From Moniliella sp. 'wahieum' (Eukaryota), in contig RSEE01000119.1 in NCBI GenBank assembly GCA_003971905.1, positions 1-64,000 on the forward strand: a DNA stretch of 64,000 nucleotides. The letters run 5' to 3'. The notes under the pieces are model-generated. The model saw nothing but the letters and a program-made list of their open reading frames with translations. It made no database searches and was not told where the DNA came from. The position numbers and the translations under genes are program-made. Below, piece by piece: positions 24,259-37,449 of the stretch (positions are counted from its first letter, which is position 1; the number at the start of each line of letters is the position of its first letter).

Positions 24259-25014
24259 ATGGTGCTGCTTCGCAACGCCTGCCGGCCCCTCTGCGCCGCC
24301 GCCTGCCTCCCGCGCGCACCCACCCGCCGGGCCTGCCCCTTGTCTGCCGCCCGCATGTCGACCCATGCGCACCAGAGCGTGGCGGATCTCGTGGCCGCTG
24401 GCCAGCTCAGCACGGGGAGTGGGTCGCTGCGCCATGGCGATCGTATGTACGTGGTCCGCGGGACATTACCAAGCTCGCTGTGGGTGCGATTGTGAATGCG
24501 GCCAATGAGCGGATGCTGGGTGGCGGGGGCGTCGATGGCGCGATCCACCGTGCAGCCGGCGCAAGTTGTTTGAAGAGTGCCTCAAAGTCCCCCCCGACCA
24601 GCGCGGCATACGTTGTCCGACCGGCGAGGCGCGTCTCACCCCGGCGCAACTTGCCTAGCCAATTTGTCATCCACACCGTTGGGCCAGTGTACATGAGCCA
24701 TGACCCAGCCACGTGCCAGACCTCTTGGCGAATGCCTACCGCAACAGTCTCCTCGTTGCAGCCAACGCCAGGTGACCAGCGTCGCATTCCCCTCCATCTC
24801 CACTGGTACGTCTCTCATCGTGTTACCTACTGGGACGTGGGCTCACTCACCTCTCCCCAGGCGTGTACGGATATCCGATCGAGGACGCAACACGTGGCCT
24901 TGAAGACTGTAGACGACACACTGGAAACACTGCCCGCTCAAACAAGTAATCTTCTGTGTCTTTTCCAAGAAAGACGAAGACGTGTACTACCACACGCTTC
25001 AGCAGATGCTGTGA
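24259..25014 (+). CDS. Macrodomain protein (MacroD/YmdB-like ADP-ribose hydrolase)
   Basis: GDITKLAVGAIVNAANERMLGGGGVDGAIHRAAG..VIHTVGP..SVAFPSISTG|VYGYP..IFCVF. Intron ~24806-24860. Confidence 0.9.
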
Positions 25015-25155
25015 CGCAAGAATGTTTTTGTGGCATGAAAGGACTGGCGTAGATAAGATATGGAGAGGGAGGGGATGGGTAAAGCGGGGTCACAAGATGT
25101 AGGTACCCAGGTGGGCAAGAGCAAGGACAAATTGAGGCAATGGGGGTGGAAGTGC

Positions 25156-25938
25156 TCAAGGCTCGATCTTCTTCTCCTTCTTTCCTTCTTTCCTTCTCTC
25201 TTTCTTCTCCTTCTTCTCCTTCTTCTCCTCCTTCTTCTCCTCTCTCCTCTTCTTCTCCTTCTTCTCCTTCTTCCCCTTCTTCTCCCCTTCCCGCCTTCTT
25301 CTCCTCCTTCTTCTCCGCCTTCTCCTCCTTCTTCTCTTTCTTTTCTTTCTTTTCCTTCTTTTCTTCTCCTTGTCCGCTTGACCTTCTTTCGGACTTGTCC
25401 TTCTTCTCGGCCTTGTCCTTCTTCTCGACTTGTCCTTCTTCTCGGTCTTGTCCTTCTTCTCAGCCTGTCCTTCTTGTCCTTCTTTTCCTTTGCCGACTCC
25501 TCTTTGCTCTTCTTGGATTTCTTCACGCGGGATCGTCAGGCTCTTGGCGTTTGCGCTTGGGGCTGGTCGAGGCCTGCGCCGGGGCTGGGGCTGGGGTGGA
25601 AGCTGGGCGGGTGCCTGCTGCGGACGCGGCGCTGTTGCTGTTGCTGTTGTTGGGCTTGCCGCGCTTGGCAGGACCCCGGTAATCCGTCCGCTGGTACTTT
25701 TCATCTCTCGTCACACAGTGTGCGGCTTCCACTCCTCGGGCTTGTCAAAGCGTTTGGAGCAGTCGAGGCAGGTAAACGGCGCGCCGCAGCGTTGCCAGTA
25801 GTGCTGGTCCAGCTTGCCCTTCTTGAGCACGTCGTGGCAACCCTCGCAACTGGGAAGGGGATGGAGAAGGGGCAGGGCAGGGTCAGCAGGGGAGAAGAAG
25901 AACTGACAGCGAGGCAGGCACATACTCAAAGGACACAT
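25156..25938 (-). CDS. LYAR-type C2HC zinc finger nucleolar protein with KKEKK tail
   Basis: MVSFD|CEGCHDVLKKGKLDQH..CGAPFTCLDCSKRF..HTVCVT.DEKYQ. Intron 25925-25850. Lys/Glu-repeat C-terminus at ~25515-25165. Confidence 0.88.
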
Positions 25939-26165
25939 CTGGAGGAGCGGGAAGGGTGGGCAAGGGTGGGTTGGAGGCCTGAAGCGTAGGCCCCGAGTGT
26001 CTAGGTGGGGAGCTGCAGCTGCCAGAGCCACGGCGGGCCACGCTGGCCTGCGCGGTCAAAACCGAGAAAAAGTTGTTTCAGGCAGGCCTTCGGTGCAACA
26101 GGGGTGTGTTTGCACCGATTGGCTGGGCCAGCGCGGATTCCCAGCAGCCTGTGGCCTGATTGTCT

Positions 26166-26192
26166 AGATCATCGATCATCGATCATCGATCA
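26166..26192. repeat. (TCA-TCGA)n heptad array upstream of LYAR
   Basis: GA TCA TCGA TCA TCGA TCA TCGA TCA. Confidence 0.85.
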
Positions 26193-26555
26193 TGGCCGAT
26201 TGGGAGGGCCATTGGGCCTTGGGAGGACCCAGCCATCACGCGAGCACGCCACGCCCCACTCGCACGCCCACCGCCCCCGCCTCCACCACGGCCAATGGGC
26301 GCAATGGGAAGACAGGACCGAGTTGCGTGGTCGAGGCGATGGCGATCGGGAAGCACGTACTACTCTATTGCTACTATCACCCCATCCTGCGAGTGGGACA
26401 GGTGGGAATCTACTGTGCCCCGCGCTACCTTCTTCCCAACAGCCTCCGCTCCTCCTTGCCCTGTCTATGTGCTCCCCATGCCCATGCGGACGGGCGGGTG
26501 GGTTGGATCGTGGGGCGCGCGAATATACATAACGACCCTCCAACTCTCTGCACCG

Positions 26556-28333
26556 TTACAGTTCGGCCCAGTCGGCCGGGATGTGGCAGCGGGCCATGCC
26601 GCGCTCGTCGTACGCGCCGGTGATGTAGACATAGCCAGCCTTGCGGTCGACAGCGATGCTGGACGGGGCGGTGGGAAGGAATCCCATCTCAAGTCCGGTG
26701 GCCGTCTCGATGCTGAGTGGTTTCCAGTCGGACGAAGGCCGGGAGCGGAAGACGGAGGCGGGAGCATATTCCTTGGGGATGAGCAGACCGCGAGTTCGCA
26801 CCTCTTTCATTCGTTCTTGCTCCCACGGATGCGCCACCTGGTTGCCCAGACGCCAGACATACGTTACCTGTTCCACCGCCGTGCCCGGCGCGGGGCCAGG
26901 GGCGTGCCCTGCGCCAGGTGCGCGCGTAGACTGTCCACCCACGCATCGAGCTCGACAGAGGAACTGCTGCCGGCAGTCCAGAACCGACCGAGATCATCAA
27001 TGCCCAGTGCGGATGCCGGCCGCGCCGGGCGGCGCGACCAAAAGTTGACAAAGGTGGGCAAGTAGGTGGCCACTTTACGGGCCGGCGGCGCTACGCCACT
27101 TTCTTCTTCGGACGGAATGCCCTCCAGTGCATCCTTGTACCCCTGGTAGGGTCGGCTACCCACGCCACGCCAGCCTCAACCCCCCGCACCCAGTGCTGTT
27201 CCCATTCGTGAACCGCTGCCTCCTCCGCGCCCGTGGAAAGAGTGAAGAGGATACCGGCGGTGGAGTTGAAACCGGCTTTGGCTCCGCCGCCGTCCCAAGC
27301 ACGTACGGTCGGTGCAAATCCGGGCCAGGAAGGGACGGAGGACAGGATGAGGCCCGTGAGACCCGCGCGCGCATTGTACATCCACACCCCGTTCCGCGGC
27401 GCCGCGTACCGGCCCGGGCGCAGAAGACGCATGACAAAGCCCAGGTAGGACGAAGCCGAGGCAAACTTGGTTCCCGATACAGATGGGTCGAAACTGGTGG
27501 GATCGGGCAGGGCAGAGAAGAGAAAAGAGGGCACTGCGACCAGCTGTGCATCGGCACGTGCAGCCACATGCGCGTGCTGCGACGGCAAGAGAGGCGAATA
27601 TTGTTCGCGGAACAGAGTGAGGCGGTAGGGCGACAAGGGCTTCTTCTCCCCTCGGGGACAAAGTGCTCGGGTCCGAGACGGAGGTGGTGCTGGAGGTGGG
27701 GCGCGGGGCACGCGGGACAGGAGGCAAGCTGCCCAGGTCGCCCTCCTGCGCACCTTGGGGCTCAAGCTGGTGAACCAACACATCCACCACCGAAGCCTTT
27801 CCTGGTTCGGGCTGCGACGAAAGCAGCAGCGTCAAGCTGCTTGGGTTCGTCGCGTTCTCCCAGTTGATATCCGGCGTTGCTCACGGCCAACGCAAGTGGG
27901 TGGAAGCTTCCCTGCTGGGCCAGTCGAGCACATCGAGTTTTTGCGGGCCGGCATCGCTGCGCGTGTCCCACATCCATACCCCGGCCTGGTCTTGGAACGA
28001 GGCAGGGGGCGACTCCCAAGTGCCACGCATCGGGTCGTACCACAACCGAGATGGGTCGCAGGTGACGTAGGCCATGCCTGAGGGCTCGTGAAGCGTCACA
28101 TCGTCACAGAAGGCGAGCCCAGGGGCCTTGATGAGTGCGCACTCGTGGAGGTTGAGCGAGGGCTTAGACTCGGTGACGGCGTGGAGCTTGACGTGGGTAT
28201 TATCTGGGAGGAAGGGTTAAGGGTTAGGCAATGCACGCCGCGAGGACAGGGGGGGGGGGAACGAACAGGGCAAGTACGTTGATACAGCAAACAGCGCCGC
28301 GAAGACGCTGCTGATGGCAACGGGGACCATCAT
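26556..28333 (-). CDS. Paraoxonase/arylesterase-like (calcium-dependent phosphotriesterase beta-propeller) protein
   Basis: Hydrophobic N-terminus, then ECALIKAPGLAFCDDVTLHEPSGMAYVTCDPSRLWYDP..FHPLALAV..C-terminal SSIAVDRKAGYVYITGAYDERGMARC. Intron ~28277-28205. Confidence 0.65.
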
Positions 28334-28769
28334 CGTGCCGACGAGGAGAGGCGGAGAGGGGCGATGAGGGGGTGGTGGGAGTCCGGGTGGCTGCGGCCTT
28401 CTTCTGGGCTCGCCTGGAACGGGGGGATGGATATAGGCGTTTGGCAACCGCCGTTTGAAAACTAAAGACAGACAACACGTGGTCGCAGCCGTTCCAACTT
28501 GCACCGATGCGATAGCGCGTGGTCGTGCGTTTTGCCCTGCTTTCCCAAGAGCTCAGGCGGAGCGCTGACGCGGAGCTGCCACGTGTGACTTGTGACTGGG
28601 ATGGCCAGGATCAGCGTTTGTCGATTGTCGATTGCACGTTGCCAGCGGAGCACGCGGCCAGCACATCGCTGGTCCGGCTATAGGTACCAAGGCCTAGCAG
28701 GATGGTGGGGAGACCGCAGAGAGATAAGATTGTGCCTGGATAGATTCGACCCCTCCTCCTCGCGTCTAT

Positions 28770-29110
28770 CTAGTTCTTGTGCGTCGTCGAGCCCTGGACA
28801 AAGAAGGCCGACTTGGACGCGTACACCAGCGACAGGTCAAACGCCCTCTCACCCACCGCTAGGTACTGGCCCAGCAGCGAGCGCGGCGTTCCCTCCGGCA
28901 GCTGGGCTGCGTCTGGCGTCAGCCCCGAGGCGCGCTTCAACCCCGCAAGGCCGACCGAGAGCAGCGCGGCATCAACGGTGAGGTGCACGGCTTTGCCCAG
29001 CAGCTGTTGCCAACAGGAATGCACAATGGCGCAGCGCACCACGCCGGCGAGGTCAGTCAGCCGCCGGGGCCCGCTACGAGCAGCAAGGGGGAGAGGGTAC
29101 GCACTCCCAT
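28770..29110 (-). CDS. DUF1748 family small fungal protein
   Basis: LLGKAVHLTVDAALLSVGLAGLKRASGLTP..GQYLAVGERAFDLS. Short first exon (ATG at 29110) followed by an intron. Confidence 0.8.
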
Positions 29111-30580
29111 CGTGGTCTAGACAGTAAAGTGGGGGGAATGGAGGAGTAGGTGGGGGAGAAAGAGTAGGGGTAGGGGTGGCAGTGGTAGGGGGAGTGTGGT
29201 AGTGGCAGTGGTAGTGGCAGTGGGCCTGGCCGCGGGGATGGTAGCGCGAGGGCTGGTGATAGCGCGAGTGGGAAAGGCCAGGCCAAGCCTCAGGGCCTCA
29301 GGTCAGGGGGACGCACCTCGGGCCACACACTGCCTCCCTGCCCGCTCGTGCGCGCAGCCAATCCACACTCAGCTGGTTCCGGCGTGTTCCGGGGGCGCCG
29401 ACTGGCTCCGGCTGGCTCCGGCTGGCACGGACTTTGCTCGGACCGAGAGTCGGACGAAGAGGGATGGCCGAGGAGGACGCCACTTGCAGCTTGCGTCTCC
29501 AGCTGCGGACGATTGGCGGCGGTGGAGGGAGGGCAAGAGCCTCTCCACTCAGCTTCAAGGTCTCATGCAGCTCCGTTGCCCTCGTCAACAGGATCGGCAT
29601 CAAGTGGATCCCAACCACACTGTGTCCTTTTAATGCCGCACGCTAACACACGAGTCGAGCGCCCGTTAAAGACGAGTGCATCGGCAATCATCCGAGGCCC
29701 GCATCGTGAGCTTGCGTACGGCCCTCGCACATGCTGCAGCCTCATCCACGAACGCAACAGAAAGTTGACATTCCGTCTCACTCCATGTGTGGCGTGACCA
29801 GCTGCATCCCCGTTTGCCATAATCATCTGGCCAGCTGGTATACGTCCCTCCCCCACCTCTGTTTATTCATCGATCACCCCCCCGCCGCCTTCGCGCCCAG
29901 ATCCCTTATTACTATCCATAGAGCCTTCCCACCCTCCTCTGTTGACACTGCCTACTGACCGGCTAGATACGAACGGCCAATCCTGCCCGCTCCCACATCG
30001 TTTTGTGCAGCCTCGCCCCCCCTCCTGCTTTATCTCGTCAAAGATGTCGAGCTGCTGGATGATCGATGACCGCCTGGGTCTCGTGCTCATCGGTCTGGCA
30101 CCGGTAATGGTGCCGGTTCTTTTTGTCGCGGCCGCGGATCACCAGCAGTCCCGTTGTCGGATTCTCAAGACAGTCCAGTGGAGGTGGCGTCGTACCAACC
30201 ACTGAGACTGGGGGCGGTCCTCGGTCCCGAACGTGGTAAAGTGGGTAGGATAGTGAGCATGCCTCGTTGGGACCGCGTTCCAGCCGGTCCGGGGCACAGG
30301 GTGAGCCGACAATAGCATCGGTAGGTAGGTAGGCGCAGCGCCAACCTGGGGTGGCGGCAGATGGTGAAAGCAGGTCTAATCGAGAGACTAATACAGCACA
30401 AGGGTTATAGGCAGGATCAGTCGTTGGTGGTTGAGACTCAGATCCATCTGCGGGTGGCGGCAGGTAGACGTTAGAGTCGAAGGAAGAGTTGATGGGGAAC
30501 CCCCCATCTGAAATGCAATCACCATCGCGCCTTCCTGGAAGGTCGTAACCGTAGCCGTAGCCAATCCAGCACCACCTGTC

Positions 30581-31800
30581 TCAGCCCGAAGCTTCAGCCC
30601 GCTTGCGTTTACGTTCCAACGCGCGTGCCCGGGCGGCCTCGACTTTGCGCGCGCGAGCCTCGCGTTCTGCGTCGGTTACGGAGGTGCCCGAGAGCGGGCC
30701 TGCGGCTCGGGTGGCAGTCGCTTTGGCTTCCGCTTCTGCTCAGCTTCAGCTCGTGCCAGTAACTGCTGCTCGACCAACCGCGACTGACGCGCGCGTTGCT
30801 CCCTTCGACGTCGGTCGTCGCCTGCTGGCCTTGGGACCGAGCCAGGGCGGGTGGAGACAAGCGGCGCACGACTGCTGCCCTGTCCCCCTCTCGCAGACTG
30901 GGAGCGCAACACATTCAGTCCGGCCGACAAGAGGTCCCGCTCACCACCTCGCCATCCTCGTTGCGCTCTACTCCCACGGGCAGCGTGGAGCGTTCGGAGC
31001 GAGAAGGCTGGCTCGCGGGGGCAAGGGGAGCGTCCGCAGCGGATTGCAAGGCTTGGTGACGTTCCTGCTGGGCACGCAGCATGGCACTGTGGTGGCTCGG
31101 GGCTTGTGCGCGTCCCCTTGTCTTGGCCGCTGCGGCTTGCTGCGCCTCGCGCTCCTCTTCCTCTTGCACCTGGGCCAGGTGGGCCTTGTACGCATCAGTG
31201 ACGAACGCCTCGGTGGCAGGGTACACCTCTGCCTCCTTGGCCCGCTCACGTTGGAGTAATTTCGACTCGGCCATCTCGCGATCCCGTTTGCGCAGCGCCG
31301 CCTTCTCCAAGAACGAGGCCATGTACTTTGGCTAGTCCAGCCAAACCAGAAGCAGCAGGGGAGTTAGCACCGAGCACCAAGCACCAAGCACCGAGCACCA
31401 AGCACCAAGTGGCAGCCCATCTTGTCTCACCACAGCGCAGGAGCAGGAACGAGCGGACGTACTTGACGTTCTTCCTTTTCGAGTTGTGCCGCCGCCTTGA
31501 TTTGTTCGCGCGCACCCTCGATCCGGTCCAGCGCCGCATCGTAGTCGTACAGGCCAGCGTCCTCGGCCAAGGCGGCCTGTTGGATGGCAACGTCGGCGCG
31601 GGAGCGGGGGGCCGAGATGGCCGGGCGCGAGACACGGGGGCCAAGCGCCGCTTGGCCATCGGGTTCGCCATTGGTTTCGCCATCGGCTTCGTGGCAGCGT
31701 CGAATGCTCCGAACGCCGGGCGGACGGGCGGGCGCGGAGCGCCGGATTTGGATTTGGATGGTGCAGCGGGCTTCTTGAGGTTGATGGAGATGCCTGACAT
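30581..31800 (-). CDS. NSRP1: Nuclear speckle splicing regulatory protein 1 / CCDC55 (DUF2040) homolog
   Basis: ALAEDAGLYDYDAALD..|PKYMASFLEKAALRKRDREMAESKLLQRERAKE..EAFVTDAYK..KVEAARARALERK. Intron 31462-31332. Confidence 0.85.
31366..31409 (+). repeat. (AGCACCR)6 heptamer repeat in the NSRP1 intron
   Basis: Six tandem 7-bp units. Confidence 0.9.
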
Positions 31801-32217
31801 GGCGGCAGTGTGATGGTGGTGGTGGGGTGGTGGTGGCGATGGGTGATGAAAGCGGAAGAGAGACAATAATGGATGACGATGCAATACGCAACTATAATCT
31901 GTTTTTTTTTTGCGACCCACGCCCGCGGTGTGCGCCGAGGGAGCCAAACAAGGGACAGAAGAAAGCAGAACGACACAAGTGACAGGGGATGGAATGCGGG
32001 CGGGTTGGCCCAAGACGGACTGATTACACACAAGATACACGCAACGAGCATAGGACGTATCGGGGCACAGAGACGGGGCGTGGGGGGAAGGGGCGGCTGA
32101 GAAGCCAAAGCAGACAACAGAAACGAATAGAAGGGGACGAGGGGCGACGACGTTGCATGACTGATGAGGGAATAATAGGGACAGCACCGATCTGCCATCC
32201 CAGCACCCAATGCTGAC

Positions 32218-34544
32218 CTACTGGAGCTTGGGCTGGCCAGCGCCTCGCGCGACGAGTACACCGGATTGAGGTGGTACGAGTCAAATGTAGTTTGGGACTG
32301 GTTGGCGCCGTGGGGGAGGGGCAAGCCACCATCGACGCTGGGCGTTTGGTCCCAGTACCCTGACTCGGACGCGTTGGCCGCATACGAATAGCCTGCCTTG
32401 GATGCGCCGGCCGCGCGCCGCCGCTTGCACAGAAATACACCCAGCCCCACCAGCGCCAGCACCACCGCGCCCACCGCGATCCCGACGCCGAGACCGATCT
32501 TGGCGCCGGAACTGAGGCTGGAGCCCGACGTGCCGGACGCAGTACCCATACCGGCCTTGGCGCCATCGACCGCGCCCGTGCCCGTGTAGATCTTGCTGGG
32601 AACCGCATCAAAGTCCGAGTGGTTGACGGCAGGGTAGAGCGGGCTGAGAGCCGGTCCGAGCTTGGGGGTCCAAGGGGCCATACCGACGGTGCTCATCGAT
32701 TCGCCAATCGAAATAAACTGCCCATGCGACGGCACGCCGCCAATCGTGACAAACAGCAGCGCTGGTCCCACCGTCAGCAGATTCGGGTTGGGCGGGAGCG
32801 GGTTGACGGTAAACACAACGCTGCCGTCAGCCTGAACGTGGTAGGTATGTTGCAATTGGACCGAGCGCTGGCCCATGTTCATCGCATGGGTGGAGAAGCC
32901 GGGGCGGATGATGATCACCTTGGCGCTAGCGGCGAGCGCATTGGCCGCCTTGCCCATCGACGATGCGGGCAGGGTCAGATTGAACGCACTCCCACCAAAG
33001 GGGATGGTATCGGGAATCCCTTGGGGCTGCGGACGCGGGGCAAAGTAGTAGTCCGGGTACCATTTTTCCACGACATAGGTCGTGTTGTACCCCTGCGGTG
33101 TGGAGGAGAGGGGCATGAGCTGATTGACGTCATTGTGGGGATTGCTCCCGGCAATCAACACGGCGCCGTCAGGGGCGAGAATGGCCGAGGAATGGTAGAG
33201 GCGCGCATAGGCGCTCGTGCCAAAGTTGGCATCCGTCAGACGCTTGCCCTTGGGCTGCGTCGGGTCGTACAGTAGCGGTGTCAAGGTCGGACCGGAACAC
33301 ATGCCTTCCAGGTGAACCTGCTGGCCATTGAGATTGATCACGTTCCAGGATGTGTTGCCGTACCCGGCCGTGCCGTTTTCGGCACCATTCACGATCAGCA
33401 TCTGGCCCGTGGGAAGGTGGACAAACTGCCCCATGGTCCTGCCGACGGGAAGATCGTCCTCCTGGACAAACGCAGGGTTGGACACCATGCTCCCATCTGC
33501 ATTCTCCGGCTGGATCGAGGCGCAAGAGCGGGAAGTTGGGGTCTGGTACATGTTTACGTTGGGCGCAGTATAGTTACCCCAATCGTCGTCGGTAGGCAGG
33601 ACCATGCCGCCACAAAAGAGGATCTCGGGAGTCCACTTGTTGGCCGGCGTAAGCGGCTTCATCGCCGTCGCAGCAGAGGCGGGTAGACACGGATCACGCC
33701 GCCAGGCGTGTCGGGCAAGGCAGTCTCGACGTTTCGATTGTGGTCCCAGAGGACGTTGGAGACATTGGCGTTCATAAAGATCTTGCCACTGGGCATAAGG
33801 AACATATGGGGGTACATGTTAAGACCGCTGGTGGTCGTCATGAACTTGGACATTTGCAGGCGTAGGATCCGTGTGCGGTAATGTTGGTGCGGTTGGGGAA
33901 GTACTCGTAGGTGGGGTTGGCGCCGCCCATGTCGAGGTTGGTGATGGAACCACCACCGGTAGCGGTGGCGAAAGTGGGATCGGTGTTGGGCGTGTTGCGG
34001 TTGATGTATCCGCCAGATGTGGAGCCGCCCATGATGACCAGTTCGCCCGTGGCCAAGCTCTCGACGGTGGGGTACCAGCGATTGGAGTTCATCTGCAAGT
34101 GGCCGTCGTCATCCCAGTTGTATCCGCTAGGCTGGAGATTAAGGATGTCAAGCAGACGGACGGCCTTGCGACCGTCCTTGGACTGGTACGGGTTGAAGCT
34201 GTCGGTGAGCGCGACGTTGCCGTACTTGACGGCTTGGTTGCCGCCAAAGACGGCCCAGGTGCCGTTGGGCAAGGTGCCACCGCCGGCACAGAACGCATTG
34301 GTCTCCACGTCGATCGGGCGCACGGAGCCGTCGGTGAGGTCGACGAGGGAACCCCAGACGGGCTTGCCAGAACCGAGCTTGGTGGGGTTGCCCTCGACCT
34401 TATCGAGAACAAAGGCGGGTTGTTGTCGACGAGGCCAAGCATCATGGCCGAGGCAAGCGAATCCTTGGTCAGCACCTCAAACGACATGGGCGTCCCCGCC
34501 AGCGCCGGGAGCGCTGCGGCCAGCACAGCCAAGGAGAGCAGCAT
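32218..34544 (-). CDS. Membrane-anchored glyoxal oxidase / copper radical oxidase (AA5_1)
   Basis: Signal peptide MLLSLAVLAAALPALA; FCAGG, RWYPT, NMYPHMFL, RLYHSSAIL and GFSTHAMNMGQR motifs; C-terminal TM helix IGLGVGIAVGAVVLALVGLGVFL followed by CKRRR. Stop position inferred across a frameshift. Confidence 0.92.
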
Positions 34545-35089
34545 AACGAGGGGGGGCGGGGGAGGTGGTTGGGGAGTAGTTGGGGAGGCGGCTGGGGGGG
34601 GATGTAGTTTCGGCGAATGGGCTGTAGAATGTTCATGCCAAGTCCACCTCGGCCGAGACAAAGGGGGTGCTGGGAACCAATAAAACCCAGCGTTTCGCGT
34701 CGCCCCGCACGGCACCAGTGGCCGCTGGCCGCTAGGAACGAGCAGCCCAGCAGCCAGCACAAAGTAAGAACCCTACGGCCTAACTGCACTCGGGCACACA
34801 TCTCACGCGTCCCGGGTAGTGGCCGTCCGCCCGCCGGCCGTGGCGGGTGGTCAGCGGTCGCATGTGGTCACACGTCCCCCGCCCCACGACCCTGGCGCCA
34901 CGCCTGCACAGGGGGAGTCCCAACAGCAGCGTGGACGGCAGGCATGTGTCGGGGGTGGAGTCTGCACGCTGGCCACCAGTGTCTACGCTGTCTGCCGGTG
35001 TCTACGGGCTGGCCTGCCTTCGCAGTGCGGTGCAGCGGCGACGCCAACCAGCCCAACAGCAGACGCGTCGACCACACATCACCCATGAC

Positions 35090-35212
35090 TGTCACATGCA
35101 CGTCACATGTCACAGGTCACAGGTCACAATGCAACACGAGGCATCACGTGCACGCCGCCTCCGGGACCAAGCGCTCAAGCTATAAGCTGTAGCTTCAAGC
35201 TTCAAGTTCAAG
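35090..35212. repeat. TNA-palindrome arrays upstream of glyoxal oxidase
   Basis: TCA CATG TCA CAGG TCA CAGG TCA; GCGC TCA AGCT; AGCT TCA AGCT TCA. Confidence 0.75.
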
Positions 35213-35359
35213 TCCGTCATGCGCGCGTGAGCCCCCCCTCCAAGCCGGGTCCAATCGATGGGGAGGCAGGAGGGCACAGGGATGAATGATGAATGCAATG
35301 CCATCGCCATAGCGTGCAGCTGCTTGCTGCTGCGCTGCGGCGGCGTGGGCGTGTGAGTC

Positions 35360-36982
35360 TCACGGGGTTTTGAAGATGCCTGCGACCAGGGCCAAGCACA
35401 GCGGCAGCTGGAGCAGCGCGATGCCAAACAAGAACTGGATGCGCTTGGATCGCTGGGAGAGGGTGATGGTGCCGCTGCTGGCGGAGGAAGGGTCGGGGAG
35501 GAGGACGTAGCGGAGCGAGCGGAGGGTAAAGAAGGCGTTGGCGGCGGTTGTGTAGAGCCACAGGGACCAGTACACCAGTGCGCCCGGGTTCAGCACCCCG
35601 ACCAACAAGCTGACCAGCGAGCCGACAAACTTGTACCCGCTAAACGCCACTAGGTCCACCAGCGTCGTCTCGTTCTGCACGTTGAGCAAGTAACATCCCA
35701 GCCGCACGACAAATACCTCGGCCAGGTGATGCCCAGTGCGCGCGACGCCGTGATGCCCAGTAGCTGCGGATTGAAGCGCAATTGAAACCCATGGATCATC
35801 GCCACCAGCAACATGTACGTCACCAGCGCCATACCTGCCCGAGGCAAATCCGTCAGTTCCACCCTTGTTCCGTGTCCCACCACCACAACCACCACACAAC
35901 GTACTGGGGATGTACAGGTCAGGACAATTCACGTCCTCCCGTGGGGGAGAGAAGCCTTCGGCGACGGTCTTGGGCCCCGAGGCGTCCGGCATGCCACCGC
36001 CGTACATGGCGCTGGGGCCGGTATGCCGATGGGTGCGGGACCAGGGCTTGTGCAGCCAGGGGAAGAGCACCAGGCGCAGTTTATGAATCACATAGCTGTT
36101 CGACACGTTGAACGCCAACTTGAGCGACGGGCCGGACAGGAACCGACTCCACTGTTGGACCTGCATCCGTAAGAGTTAGCAATTCGCTCCCCCGTGCCGC
36201 CTTCAACCAGCTTTCTGAGGCTGAAGCGAGACGCCGTCCCGGATCCCACCGTGCAACATACGTTTTTTGCATGTAACTGCCCCCGGCTGCGACGAACTGC
36301 GCGCCGATCTGCATACCCATTTGGGCGGTGGGGTCCATGCCCATGTCCATGCCCATACCCATGCCCTGCATTGCGCCGGCGGGGAACGCGGACCAAGTGA
36401 AGCTGTCAGCCTGGTGGGGCGGCCCGGAGCGCCCGAGCCAGCTCCATCCATCGTCCCGCCGGGTGGCTGAGACCCATGCCACTGCCCATCCTTCCCGGCT
36501 CCATCATGGGCTGCATCATTCCCATCGCGCCCTCCTGGCCCTGGCTCTCCACCGTGCCCATTCCCGTGCCCATTCCCGTGCCCATTCCCGTGCCCATTGC
36601 GGCCGCGGGCAGGTCGGCGGTACCGGTGCCTGTCACGGTGGCATAGTACGCGCGCCCGGACCTGGACGAGCAAAGGAGCGAGCGGCCGAGGCAGCGGCGG
36701 TGGATGCGCCGCCATAATAGGGCGTCTGCAGCGGGGGCGAGGCATAGCGTGCGTACCCTCCTGTTGGGGCGTGAGCGTGAGCATGGGTCGGGGCGGGGGC
36801 GGGGCGTGTGGGTTGGAGGGAGGGGCACGGCGTGCGCCAAGGTCAGAGGCAGAGGCAGAGGTGCGGGAGCTGGTGCTGGCGGTGGGGGGGGGCGTGACGG
36901 GCAGGGTGGGCTTGCGGGGCGGGTGGGTGGGCACGGGGTGGCGCAGCGGCGGCGGGCCGCGCGGCGCATACGGATTTTGCAT
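35360..36982 (-). CDS. YIF1: YIF1/Hrf1 ER-Golgi transport membrane protein
   Basis: PPPLRHPVPTHP N-terminus; DPTAQMGMQIG; FNVSNSYVIHKLRLVLFPWLHKPWSR; PPREDVNCPDLYIP; DLVAFSGYKFVG; NAFFTLRSLRYVLLPD. Two introns. Confidence 0.92.
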
Positions 36983-37449
36983 GGGGCGGTGTGGTTAGTG
37001 GTTGAGGATGCCGTCCCCCCGGGTGCACCACACCAACCACCCACCCAGCGCTAGGCGAGCTGCGCTCCCGCTCCCTTGCCTCTGCCTCCCACCGCCAACA
37101 CTCGCCCGTCCACGTCACTCGGCACTAGTCAAGCTAGTCACCACAGCCACCCGCCAGCGCGTCAGCGTCACTCGGGCTCACGCGCACGCGTTTCCGCCGG
37201 TTCCGCCCACGTGACGCGGTGGAGCCCACATTCTCAGGTCGCCTGCCGCTTCGCTACGTGGGCCGACGACTGGGTCCATCGCATCCCCGTCGGCTAAAGT
37301 CGGCTACGTCGCAGCCCAGGGCGCATGCCACGGGGGGCGAGAGAGAGGGAGCCTCATCGATTATCATATATCATGCATAGTACCCTGACATATCACACCT
37401 CACTTACACCTCCCTCGGCGCTGCGCCGGGGGCGCTAAAGAACCCGACC

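Noticed and set aside
25060..25989. Long Leu/Ser/Phe-rich plus-strand ORFs resembling membrane proteins (also the minus-strand ORFs at 59665-60241)
   Set aside because: They are the antisense reading of the LYAR Lys/Glu tail and of the (AAG)n microsatellite.
28212..28228. Internal telomere-like sequence or telomerase RNA template
   Set aside because: It lies inside the paraoxonase-like gene intron, where CCTAAC is the branch point.
29430..30320. Possible small plus-strand gene(s) divergent from DUF1748
   Set aside because: Only short ORFs with no recognisable motif.
31332..33662. 776-aa ORF suggesting a glyoxal oxidase/NSRP1 fusion
   Set aside because: Read-through is caused by a frameshift near the oxidase stop (~32218). 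The downstream part is UTR-like and out of frame with NSRP1.
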